Below, one piece after another: positions 52,040-64,000 of a DNA stretch of 64,000 nucleotides. Made by a program: the position numbers and the translations under genes. This DNA is from Magallana gigas (lineage: Eukaryota): NCBI RefSeq assembly GCF_963853765.1, contig NC_088856.1:1054001-1118000 (forward strand), read 5' to 3'. Under the pieces are notes generated by a model. The model saw only the letters and a list, made by a program, of their open reading frames with translations. It had not been told where the DNA came from and did no database searches. The number at the start of each line of letters is the position of its first letter. Positions within the stretch are counted from its first letter, which is position 1.

Positions 52040-53205
52040 CAAATCAAATCGAGACGGAGGGTAAAACAAATTAAAATGTTTCTTGAGTTGGGTACCTGTC
52101 ACAAAGCTTGGAAACAGTGGGGTCTGGTTAACAAACAAATCGGATGAAATTCGGTGGCAGTTGTACGGATCATAGGACATTTCTCGTTGAATTGTAAACT
52201 CCTGGTCATTGGAAACCAATCCCTACATACTGTAGATGGAGAAACACATTCCAAAATCTTTATTAAGAGCCTTGGTTTTTTTCCTTGCAATTGGGGTCAT
52301 TTAACATATCCTTTCAAATGATTGAAAATTCTCGATCAAACTTTTACAAATTCAGTATAAATGAGCTCCTTGAGGGACAAACATTTGACATGAGAGGGTA
52401 GACCGCCCAATCCGTAGAAAACAGTCACAACAACGTTACTAACCCGGAGGTCTACCGAGTCATAGGTTAGAGTTTATTCATTATTATCATATTAACTTTT
52501 TCTCGTTTAAAACAAATGCCAACGATTTTGCAATACTCACCAGAATAGGAAAGTTACTGTTGTTGTAATTTTACTTTTTAAGAAGACAGGTTGATCAGCA
52601 ACATACCTTAAAATTAGATAACTAAATCTCTTCAGTTTGACATCGAGTCCGGGGCGTCAATAAAAAGCCCGGGCTTTGTTAAGAAACAAACAATGAGGGA
52701 TAAAATACACGTGGTCGTTTTCTTTCTTAACAAGGGTAGTCTGAACTTTCTGTCAAACCACGTTGTTAAAACACTTCAAGAGATCAAAAGTCTTACTGTA
52801 CGTTGATAGAGGTTTGAAATTGGAAAAGTCATTAAATACAAAATGTTCTCGTTTCTTTGGTGAATTAACCTAGACGTGCATTAGTATATTCATTAACGAA
52901 GTTTTAGATTTAGATTCCTTACCAAGAATGACGAAATTAATGAATTGGTCAGAGATGACGTCAGCAAAGTGTACATTAGTAAAACTGTAGAAGATGCTGT
53001 CAACAAGGCCGCGGGTCTCTTCGCTATCCAAAGATTCCATGTACTTCCGGTCAAAAATTATGAGAAGGAATCTGAACTCCTGACCAGTATCAACATTTTA
53101 GCTCTAATGACGTTGCGGAAGTCGTTGATGTTTGCAGACGACTTTCTTGAGAACCAGTATGAGCTTAAACAATAAAAGATGGAGACATTAAATAAACAGG
53201 ACTGA
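52040..53205 (+). pseudogene. IFI44L: IFI44-like copy C2, decayed, exons 2-4 deleted
   Basis: Scrambled TLDc exon ending at 52465 (...ttgacatgagagggtagaccgcccaatcc...gaggtctaccgagtcatag|gt). Exon 5 at 52636-52811 has a 4-nt insertion. Exon 6 lacks its acceptor and has a premature TAA at 53173; the original TGA is at 53203-05. Confidence 0.88.
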
Positions 53206-54298
53206 GGCCCCCAAACGTATTAGGATTCTCTGGGGGAAACTATTAAAACTTGTTTTGTGGCTTTTTGGGTTAACTTCGTGTAACTTAAAGATGACGTAAA
53301 ATAACGATGAATTAGTGCTACAAAAAATGAGCTTATTATGTAATTATTTGTTTGGGGAAGGAGTTAAACGCAGCAATTGATGTACATTAAAACTATATTT
53401 GATGTTATTTGTATGCTTGTAAATGTTGTTAACATGTTCATTAATTCGGGCACCTGTATTTATGACAGGAAAACCTAAAAATCTACCGGTATAAATCTGC
53501 CCTGCTACATGTTACATGTAAAGGACATAAGCCTCAAATTATTTATACTGTGAGCGAAAGAACAGGGTAGACTGTTTTACTAACCGATCTAAAATGACAT
53601 ATTAAGACTTATTATTCTCTCTAAGCATTTAAGGTGGGTCGCGGGTTTACCCCATAAAAAATCTCACGAGAAAACATACCCTGAAAATTTGTCAAATCGT
53701 TCTGTAGGATTTACAGTTCATTACAAAAAATATTTATCAAATTTGTCTACGCTGTTTTTATGCAATACCGCTTTGAACTTGGTATTGTTGATGGTGCTGT
53801 TTTGACGCTTTTTTAATGAATACAAAGGAAAATGAGAATTTTTAAGATGGAGTTGTTTTGAGAAATTGCAAGTAACTCTTAAACAGTTTAGACAAATTTG
53901 TCAACTGTTTCTGTGCGTAAAGAAAAAGTGATTTAAAAAAATTTATGTAAAAAAAAATAATATGTGTTCTCGCTAGATTTTTTCTATTTTATCTTTACTG
54001 AAAATTGCCGTATTTTCGTATTTGACATCGTGAGTACGACATCATTTATTTTTCACCCGTTCCACTAATTTAGTGATAACATCACTTAAAAATCAAATTT
54101 AGACTTCTTAAGTTTAAACTAGAAGCTTACATTTTTTAAAAAGCAATTTTGGAGAGTATAAAAATAACGCGGAGATAAAAAAAAAGAAAAAAAAAAGCAT
54201 ATTTTTATTATGAATTCGAAGTTATAGGGCCTCCAGTGTACCCCCGGTTAGCATTGGCCTTTGAAAAACAATAGTTCTTAATTTTACTTTTGTATTAT

Positions 54299-56975
54299 TG
54301 TCACAATTATGTTCCAACCATACTCCCATACTTTTGGTTGAGTTCTAGTATCTAAATTTTGTTTGAAATGTATTTCCATACTTTTGAGTTATTTATATAT
54401 TTTTGCTTGCATGAGTGGTCACTGGGTGTAGTAATACTACTGGAGAAAACCTGTTTAACAGGTATTATTTATTTTTAAATAAACTTGCTTAGTGGTTTGA
54501 AGAGTGAGCTTAGATGTATTCTGGGCGACAAGCTGTGTGGACGTGTCTGTACTCTTGGTGAGATATCTTGGGCGTTTCCCATGCTGTGTGATCTTGGGAA
54601 CGGCATCCCTGTGTGGGCTTATTTGTGTGAGAGAGATACAACCCAGTAAGTGTTACATTATTTCTATTGTCATGGTTGATATTAATTCTGCATTGTGAGT
54701 AGAGTTAGACTACAGGTATGTGAAATTGTAATTTAAATAGCTGTTATGTTACGGTAGCCCAGAATTGTAATATACTGCAGCGGTGTGTTTAATGAGTCAG
54801 TATATGTATCTAATTTCAAATATGTGTATAAGAAAACTTATTATGCCACGTTGTTCGATATTTAAATAGGTGACCACGGAGTGGGCACGTGCACGTGGTG
54901 GACCATGTTATATCCGTGGAAGGGCTTATGGTGGGACAATTAATATCCAAACCAAAAACGTATGCTTTCCCAGTCCTACGGAACTTACCTTATGTGAGAC
55001 GTCTTGTCGAATGCCATCTAGTCCATCCGATAGAACTGATGTCAACAACCTCCTAATTATTGTATATTTATAAATAAATTGTGTTTGTTTTGTAAATTTT
55101 GTTTTGTTTGACTTACAAGGACCATCCTTTTACCAGATTGGTGAAATGTGTTAAGAACCTAGTCTACAATTTGAATGCAATTGTGACATTTTGATGGCAG
55201 CGGTGGGATGGTCTTTGTTTAGTCATTTTTTTGTGGTACTATTTGTGTGAACTACTCGCATATTTTTCCATTGTGATATATGTTAGTACCTGTGCTTACT
55301 TTAGAATTTTTTTTCTAATGTAGCAATTTGTTTGTAGAAAAACTCAAACATTTTTACATTGTATGTGTACAAATTTTCGCACGTTGAGCGGTTTGTTGCT
55401 CATTTTTTTTCTTTTTGAACATGAAATTCATTGAGTTGGGTACTAGATTAGGATTGAAAGATGAAGATCTGAGAGAATTTGAAAAAAATAAAGAGACAAA
55501 GAAATTTGAAAGAGATGAGAGAGCGGCAGATAGAGAAATTCGTAAGATAGAAAAAGAGATTGAGCTAGAAACGATAAAGAGAGAAACAGAGTTACAGAGA
55601 CAGAAAAACTCAGAGATAGCTGCTGCAAGTGCTTCTGTATCAAGTCAGGCTAAACTTCCCAAACTACCAGTTTTTTAAGAAACTAATGACTGTATTGACT
55701 CCTATTTACAGAGATTCGAGAGATTTGCATTCAACGCAAAATGGGAAGAGTCCATCTGGGCCATCAATCTCAGATCATTGTTAAAAGGTAAAACTCTGGA
55801 CGTTTATTCTAGATTACCTGCAGGTGAAGCTCTCAATTACAGATGTCTGAAGCAGGCGCTACTAATGCGATTCCAACTGACAGAGGAAGGATTTCACTCA
55901 AAGTTCCGTAATTCTAAACCAGAAAAAGAGGTCATCAAAGGATCAGAGAACATTGGAGCAGATTTCCTGAGCCGACATGTTGCAGAATAGATTAGTTTTA
56001 AGTGCATGAACTGTTTAACTTACGGCACATTTCATTTACGATAAAATGTTACAAAATTGTATTTTGTTCTTAGGAATGGAGGTATTGTCACAATTATGTT
56101 CCAACCATACTCCCATACTTTTGGTTGAGTTCTAGTATCTAAATTTTGTTTGAAATGTATTTCCATACTTTTGAGTTATTTATATATTTTTGCTTGCATG
56201 AGTGGTCACTGGGTGTAGTAATACTCCTGGAGAAAACCTGTTTAACAGGTATTATTTATTTTTAAATAAACTTGCTTAGTGGTTTGAAGAGTGAGCTTAG
56301 ATGTATTCTGGGCGACAAGCTGTGTGGACGTGTCTGTACTCTTGGTGAGATATTTTGGGCGTTTCCCATGCTGTGTGATCTTGGGAACGGCATCCCTGTG
56401 TGGGCTTATTTGTGTGAGAGAGATACAACCCAGTAAGTGTTACATTATTTCTATTGTCATGGTTGATATTAATTCTGCATTGTGAGTAGAGTTAGACTAC
56501 AGGTATGTGAAATTGTAATTTAAATAGCTGTTATGTTACGGTAGCCCATAATTGTAATATACTGCAGCGGTGTGTTTAATGAGTCAGTATATGTATCTAA
56601 TTTCAAATATGTGTATAAGAAAACTTATTATGCCATGTTGTTCGATATTTAAATAGGTGACCACGGAGTGGGCACGTGCACGTGGTGGACCATGTTATAT
56701 CCGTGGAAGGACTTATGGTGGGACAATTAATATCCAAACCAAAAACGTATGCTTTCCCAGTCCTACGGAACTTACCTTATGTGAGACGTCTTGTCGAATG
56801 CCATCTAGTCCATCCGATAGAACTGATATCAACAACCTCCTAATTATTGTATATTTATAAATAAATTGTGTTTGTTTTGTAAATTTTGTTTTGTTTGACT
56901 TACAAGGACCATCCTTTTACCAGATTGGTGAAATGTGTTAAGAACCTAGTATACAATTTGAATGCAATTGTGACA
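54299..56975 (+). mobile_element. Internally deleted Gypsy (Gmr1-like) LTR retrotransposon
   Basis: LTRs 54299-55188 and 56086-56975 (890 bp, TG...CA, about 7 mismatches by eye); TSD ATTAT; PBS tgatggcagcggtgggat (55192-55209, complementary to tRNA-Leu 3' end); PPT aggaatggagg. Gag fragment (AKLPKLPVF*..DSYLQRFERFA..KFRNSKPE) is joined to the RNase H end IKGSENIGADFLSR*. Confidence 0.92.
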
Positions 56976-57565
56976 ATTATAAAGACACTTTTTTAATTAA
57001 CCAGATTTGTATAGTTGCTATTAAGAATATCAAATCAAAAAGCCCACTTTTGCCCTCTCATTCTAAATCAGAGAATGCAGAGCATAGTATTTTTTATATC
57101 AAAAATTTAGAGTAAAGGGTGGTACCAAATTTTTAAGTAGGTTCCCAATTATCACATTCTCTTTGTTAAATGTAATGTTAAATGTTAATGTAAATATTTG
57201 CGAATAGTCTCAAATCTAAAAAAAAACGGATGATATTTGTAAGATATTGACTTTTATTTTGGTTATCAAAATCTTCACAACTAATTTAGATTCCCCGGCT
57301 TTGCTCCTCCCTTTTATCTGTCAAAATAGTTACGATATACTTACTATAAATGCTTGTCAGTTTTTTTCTTTTGAAGAATATGTTTTACGGTGCTACCGTT
57401 CTGGCGAGCGCAGCAAGAATTATACACATACCTTGCATCATTGTCAACTTTTTAATTAGGTATCAACGAACGTCAAAGAATTTTTGAGAGAGTATATTGC
57501 TCTACAATAAGTATACCAAAGGTACTAATTTTAATGGTTATGATACATACAGCGCAATCTCCTTC

Positions 57566-57568
<3 letters not shown>

Positions 57569-57611
<43 letters not shown>
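57569..57611. repeat. (GA)n microsatellite inside the Kolobok-like element
   Basis: Direct sequence. Confidence 0.95.
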
Positions 57612-57614
<3 letters not shown>

Positions 57615-59549
57615 GGTACCTGTTTGTAGGTGTGTAATTTCCCACTTTTAAATTTAATGGTCTGACTATATGCCATATATACATAATTTTTTTAACTGTT
57701 TATTTTTTTTATTTTATTCCTTTTTATTTATTTCAAAATGTCCTATTGTTTATTTCCTCCCTACTCATTCATGCACAATTAGCTAAAAAATGGATCAATG
57801 TGACAGTAAAGTATGACTCTTGCTTACATATAAATTATACATAAAATCTCTAAATTAAAAAAAATAAAAACAAATCATACGTCAATGAGGCAGGTATCGC
57901 AGTCTATACTGAAATAGCTAGTACACGCATTACAGATGTTTGATCCACCTCTAAATTTATCGCGGGAAATATAGCGCAAGTGCACTGTGACGTCATCCAT
58001 GACTTTGTTCGTCTTTGCTTACGTTTCTCGACTCATTACGGAGGTATGGAAGCATGTAACAAATCTTGTGAGTCTCGCCAAAGCATATGCGGTACTCAAA
58101 ACGTGTCTTAAAACCTCGAGACACCGTAAATTACGAGTTAAAAGTCGGCCATTTATGGCATAGCACCACGGGTGAAAACATTAGAGAGCATTATGGGACG
58201 TAGACAAAACATTTTGTTTGATGAACTGTAGGTTTAGCTCGTTCTTTTTCCCGCGCACACTGGTTCTTAGAGCTCGCTTCGCTCGCTATTACCGACCCAA
58301 ACTATTTTACAAACAAATCTCTCTCTCTCTCTCTCTCAAGTTTGAGACTATATGCCTGTCATTACTTAGCTTTTATGGACGATTGCACAGAGAGTTTTAA
58401 AAAAGTAACGCTCCAATTCTTGCTAATAATCTACGTAGTTATGATGCATTGCTTCCAATCTGCATTTCCAACTTACGATTCTTACATGAAAACTAAGACT
58501 GGTATGAATTACTACTTTATTATTTACACTATAGACCTAAATCGAAGTTCGTTATTATAACTAAGAGCATTTGACGTTTGAAAATATGAAGCGGGAAACC
58601 TTGAGATGTCTCCTTTATGACGTCATAAACAAATGTGCACAAAACAGCCAGTCGAGTTGTCTAAATTGAGTACAGAATTTGATGACGAGAGCAAACCCGC
58701 GACCCACCTTAATCAACTGTGTAAAAAAAAAAAGGACAATATCAAGTAAACCATCATGGTATTTAGCAACCTATAATGATACACAGTCCACTGACCACTG
58801 ATAGAGAACGGTGTATTATCATTAGAGGTTGCTACAATGGTCCTTACAACAAAACTAGTGTTGTGTGGAGTTTACTGTATTGTTGAATGAATGAATGTTT
58901 ATTTCTCTCAAACTATATCAATGGTACATGATGTTCAAAAATTTTTTTACAAATGTTCAAATGCTGGGTCAAGTTAGAAAGAGTACAGTGTTAAATAAAT
59001 CGAGCTAATATTTTCTTAACAAATATGGACAATTTTTTAAATGAATCAATGTCATTAGTATTCGTAAAATTCCCAAATTTATAAGTATTAACATTTGTTA
59101 AATATTTTTCTTCAGTTTGTTGTGGAATAAAGAAAATGCTTGGCATTTCATAACATAGTGGTATTCGTCACCCAAAGTGTTTTTATTACATAATGAACAA
59201 TTTCTATGACATCTTTCTATGTTATTCCATCTTCCAGTTTCAATAGGTTAAATTTTGTAAATATCAATCTTTAATCATTTGGAAGTTTCATAAGATAAAT
59301 TTACAATCCAAAGCTTTTCTTAAAGATTGTTCCCTCGATGATTTATTATCCTGAGCCAAGCTAAGGTTGGTATCGAATTTAATTAACTACTGAGGAAAGT
59401 GAAAATATCTTTTGTCTGTTCGAGACAGCATTGTTAGATCACTACCTGTGTGATATATGGATTTTATTTTCACAAATATTTTTACCTACCTGTAGTCGTC
59501 ATATAAGTTTTTAGGATTGCCTGGCACAAAAAAAAACTTTTACAATCTA

Positions 59550-59757
59550 CTGTGGTTTCATTAATGTTCCAGGGTATCAATTTTCGTGGATAAAGTGAAA
59601 ATCACAGTTTCAAGGATACGTAAATTCATGGCCAATGACCCTTTTAATACAAAATAGAAATAGAAATTGCGTTTCAATGAACATTTAATTTCATGGATCA
59701 ACTTAACAACGAAATCCACTAAAAATTGGTATTCAACGAATATTGATGAAACCACAG
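59550..59757. mobile_element. 208-bp Tc1/mariner-like MITE, TA TSD
   Basis: ta|ctgtggtttcattaat ... attgatgaaaccacag|ta; absent at ~25530. Confidence 0.75.
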
Positions 59758-60094
59758 TATTTGTTACAATGGTCAGTTTACCGTCTTCATTGTGTATTAA
59801 GTTGAAAGATAGTTTAAAGGATTTAAAAGTAACAGAGGGGGTTAACTATACGTGAACTATAACGCACAACCCGCAAAATGTATTCTTTTGTGGTTGATAT
59901 GTTACACCGTACTTGAATAATCAAAAAAAGAAACGAAAGTAGCAGAATTGCACGGTTTGTATAGTTTTATTGTTACTTTGAACAATGTAGTTTCTTAACG
60001 TTAGACTTTATACCCAAGGAGCTCACATAGTAAATATGAACTAACAAATGTACGGTTTTGGCAAACAACAGTTGCAAACTAACTTATTTCGATA

Positions 60095-60415
60095 TATTTA
60101 CATTATCCAGTGTATTTGCCTGTGATAACAATGCGTATCGATTTTGTACTATATAACTCATAATACAAATGCAGGCAAATTGAGCCGCCAGCGGGGTTTG
60201 TTTATTTATATTTAAATATTTAATCGTACTATGGCCTAATATTATATAAATATAAGTAATAAGGAATCATTCTTTGAATATTATGAGGTGATAATTTCGG
60301 TCGGGGCGTGTTCAAATCTATCATAAAGCCCTTCGGGCTTTATTGGATTTGATCACGCCCCGACCAAAATTATCACCTCATAATACTCAAAGAATGATTC
60401 CTTATTCCTTATATA
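60095..60415. mobile_element. Insertion ending in a ~165-nt hairpin (60250-60414)
   Basis: About 80-bp inverted arms around aaagccc-ttcg-gggcttt; absent from the A2 spacer (~25865). Confidence 0.7.
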
Positions 60416-60621
60416 AGCAAGATTATTCGTGTTCTTCTTTCTATTCCCCTTGCAAGTTACCCGTTTATTAGCACATATCACCTAAACCTGTATTTTGATA
60501 TCATAAATGATTAAGGTGCATGTCTAGATCTGCATGAATTATCAAAATAACGTCATCAATTTTTAGTATTTTGAATATTAATTTATTAAGTACATGTCTT
60601 GCATCTTAGATATTATCATTA

Positions 60622-62636
60622 CATCCAAAGTCAGTTAAAGTGCCCCAAACATTTCCGAAAAATGGCTCAGTACAGATATCGCAGGGAATGTATAAATTTG
60701 GATAGAGCAACATCTGAATGACCATGAGAAACACACATAAGAGCTATGGAAAATAAGATGTTATATTTTTCGGACATATTTAACAAATCCAGTGTAATTT
60801 TAGTTCTAAAGTGAATTACGTACCTTCATGTAATACTATACAAAATGTAAAATAATTTTTTATTGTAGCATTCAAAAATAATGTTTCAAGTAATAATGCT
60901 TGATGCAGATAGAGTAACTATCCAATTAAAAACCATAGTTCAATGGAAAATTGACTATCAATTCTAAAATAGTCCATTTACCACATAGTATCTGTAAGGT
61001 AAAAAGAAAAAAAAATGTTGTGTTATTAAAAAACCTATTTTATTTATTCTTTTTTTTAGACTTGCATTCTAAATTCAACAAAGAATTATGCATCTGCTTT
61101 CATTTGTATACCTTTTAATAAGAGGTTCTTAAGTTTTTATGTTGAAACTCAGAGGAAATATTTGTTTTGATACATAGTGAAATGGTCTTCTTTGTAACGT
61201 GATTCGCGTCAATGCCTTAAATTGCAAATCTATATGTTTTATTCATGATTAAACAGCAGTTATTTCACAAATGAAAGTATGGGAAATAAAAAAAGATATG
61301 TGGCAATACTTATGCAAATGATAACATATATCTCTAAAGTGTTATGATTGTTTCAAATCAGATTATGTCACATTTTACATATCTTGTTAAATATTAGGGG
61401 AATTCAAAAGCTGTATGTTCTTAAATAACATAATAACTACTTACTACAGATAATAAAAGCAATGTTTTCTTGTGTCCATATAAATTTGATGGGAATGGGC
61501 AATACATTATATTTCAAAATAAACCTGTAGAATAAAACAAGCAACGTATCGTAGTTCACAAACGAGGTTGTAAGAGTCAATATGGAAATAAACATAATAT
61601 TAAGAAGTAAATACAGTTATCTTATTGAAGGGATTTTAACAGTTTATCACACAAACTTTGAACTTTTCTTCATATATTTCAGAAAATTTAAACATATTTC
61701 TAGTCTCTTCCTGCTTTACTGGCTCGTTCAAAGAGACAGAATATCAATATTTCTCTGTACTAGGAATCCAAGTCTTGTCTGTCTGTTCGGGCCATCTAAA
61801 GGACTTTACCCCACATATCATTAATGTGAAATGATATCCCTGGTCGTATCCGATAATTTTTTCAACACACAGTGTACTATAAACCTTTGTACATGGTGAC
61901 AATATGCGCGCATATGCTTGATACTTGCGTTCACCTAATCACCAACAATATAAATGCTCCAGTGCTTGCTTTCTGTAAAACTGTTGGTAGGGGTGTCACT
62001 CTCACTGCCTTGACAAGGATCAGAGCTCATACAACAAGTTACCCACTTCTTGCAAGCCTTATGGTACCAAATTGACGTTTTTGAAACATGCGTCCCAGAG
62101 ACATGATCTGAACGGCTATTACAAATCACCCCCCCCCCCGGCGTGAAAAACAGCATAATAACCTCTTCTTTCCGATAGTTTTCTCTAACCTTTGATCTTT
62201 TTGGTTCCCATCAGTATTTCTTTTAAAGCTTTGCATATTTCATTCTAGTCATTATATGAAATTAAAAGAGTAGTTATGTATGTTCGTGAATTACGTTACA
62301 CTGCTGTAAATTACGTTACACTCAAATACAGACTTAATACCGATTTAAACACCCATCGAATCAATATTTATATTTCATATTTATGATAAATTATTTTTTG
62401 AACCTAAATATGACCACTCTCGTTTGTGACATCCGGTTTTGATCAAATTTGGCTTCTAAATTTTTCATTTTAATACATTAAATGGGATTAATACATCGTA
62501 ATATTTTAATTCATAAGTCAGTCATAGCTAGATATTATATTTAATCCCCTCAACAACTAAAGATGGAGAATTTGGTTTTCAAAAATCGCTTGTAACAACA
62601 AAAATTGTTTTGGGGCACTTTCACTGACTTTGGATG
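60622..62636. mobile_element. 2.0-kb non-autonomous TIR element, superfamily unassigned
   Basis: TIR catccaaagtcagt(t/g)aaagtgccccaaa at both ends; empty site gatattattaataacgtac at ~26053; TSD unclear; no long ORF. Confidence 0.75.
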
Positions 62637-63178
62637 AATAACGTACTTGTAGGCTGGCCTAACATATTCCTCACTCTTTTATCCTGCTGATAATACTTTA
62701 AAAATCAATTTAAACATTTTATGTCGCATCAATGCACGTCGATTGGGTTTTCTTGCAAGATATGCATGTAAACATAAGGCTCACTATAAGATTCACTATT
62801 ACCATACCTTTACATAAACATTACAAAAGAATGTGAGTTTTTATCTTTAAACTTGAATTCGGACTCAAGTATCCTTAAAATTATACCATTGGTAATATCA
62901 GTCACACTGTGGTATTAAATTCGAATTAATTACAACTAACAAATTATAGTCCCCACCACTTAGCAATGAATGAAATGATCACATTGCAAAATAACACATG
63001 TATCTCTAATATAACTTAGCGATTAACAAGTATACTCATAGAATAAATACTAGAAAATGATGCATTCAACTCGTTTCATAAAATATAGAAAACTTCAACA
63101 TTTTTTTCAAAACTGTTACAAGACTACATTCATAAGTTAATTCCTTTGTTTGTGCATTTGTTTTAAAGTTTATAAAGC

Positions 63179-63701
63179 ATGGCGGAGCTACTTACACGTA
63201 AAGACAAGAAACAAATATCACAATGGATTGGCAGGGACAGTCAGTTTGAGCTCCTATACAAAGTAAGCCGTGACGGGTTGTCTTACCAGAGGTTCCACGA
63301 GTTGTGTGACAACAAGGGGCCCACTGTGACCATCTTTTACAACAAGGATAACAACGTGTACGGGGGGTACCTGTCAGACAGCTGGGGTAGTACTGAGGGC
63401 TGGTGTACAGACCAGAAAGCATTTCTATTCAAACTACATTCTGCTGGCAACTGGAAACCAGTGATGTTTCCTCATACAAGTGGACAAACTCATTTTAAAC
63501 AAAACGATCACGGACCATGGTTTCATTCGTTGCCTTCATTTTACTCAGGTTCTATTATGAATAAATCAGCAGACGGCTATTACGTGTTATATACTTCTTC
63601 CTTTTTTGACGGGCAAAATTTTGACAGGAAAGGAGAGACCGTCGATTCAGTGGCAAACAGTCACAATAACGTCAGAGATCTGGAGGTCTTCCTGGTCAAA
63701 G
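63179..63701 (+). CDS. IFI44L: IFI44-like copy A4, TLDc exon (gene continues beyond the window)
   Basis: 523-nt open exon from ATG to GTCAAAG|gtacat, same size as the other A-type first coding exons. Confidence 0.85.
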
Positions 63702-64000
63702 GTACATGTAATTAATATTGCTTTACTCAGCCATCATTTTTAATAGTACATGTATTTGATTATCAAAATGAACAAGAGACTCAAGAGTCTTCACGATCAG
63801 ATCAAAACAGAAGGTCAAATGTCGGAGTTCATTCATTGGCGTCGTCATCTTTAAAACGTTAGAAAAATTGATCAGATTTGATTACAAGATAAACATAATA
63901 CATTCAGTCATCACGCATGCATTTCATTTACTTATAACATCAAGGAATTGAAACCGTTAAAAACTAGTTGAAATAACGTATAATAATTAAGTATTTTGTA

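Larger units (their letters stand above)
53633..58708. mobile_element. Kolobok-like element (TTAA TSD, 16-bp perfect TIR) containing a nested LTR element
   Basis: ggtgggtcgcgggttt ... aaacccgcgacccacc; TTAA at 53629-32 and 58709-12; empty site agcatttaatcaactgtg at ~24675. No transposase ORF. Confidence 0.9.

Noticed and set aside
54504-55073. Duplicated short ORFs 54504/56291 and 54870/56657
   Set aside because: They lie inside the two LTR copies and show no protein-like features.

Overview
AT-rich eukaryotic (bivalve, probably Crassostrea/Magallana oyster, judged from a Cg170-like 166-bp satellite) genomic DNA. It is dominated by a + strand tandem array of IFI44/IFI44L-like genes, each with 6 coding exons: an N-terminal TLDc-like exon, a 50/62-nt linker exon, and P-loop GTPase-like exons of 198, 147, 172 and 308 nt. 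The copies fall into three sequence types in a higher-order repeat: C0(partial)-A1-B1-(C stub)-C1-A2-[antisense INTS13 3' half]-A3(pseudo)-B2-C2(pseudo)-A4(partial). Five complete copies look intact (A1, B1, C1, A2, B2). A hypervariable segment lies inside the TLDc domain. Clade-specific splice-site features include duplicated exon-end/donor units, dual acceptors and (TC)n tracts beside weak donors. IRF-like motifs recur upstream of the genes. Spacers and introns carry many TEs: five TTAA-flanked Kolobok-like elements, two pearl/HINE-type elements, a young internally deleted Gmr1-like LTR element, a LINE fragment, MITEs and long hairpin elements. There is one assembly gap (19992-20129). All exon calls are by-eye splice-site and paralog alignments, with no expression or database support.
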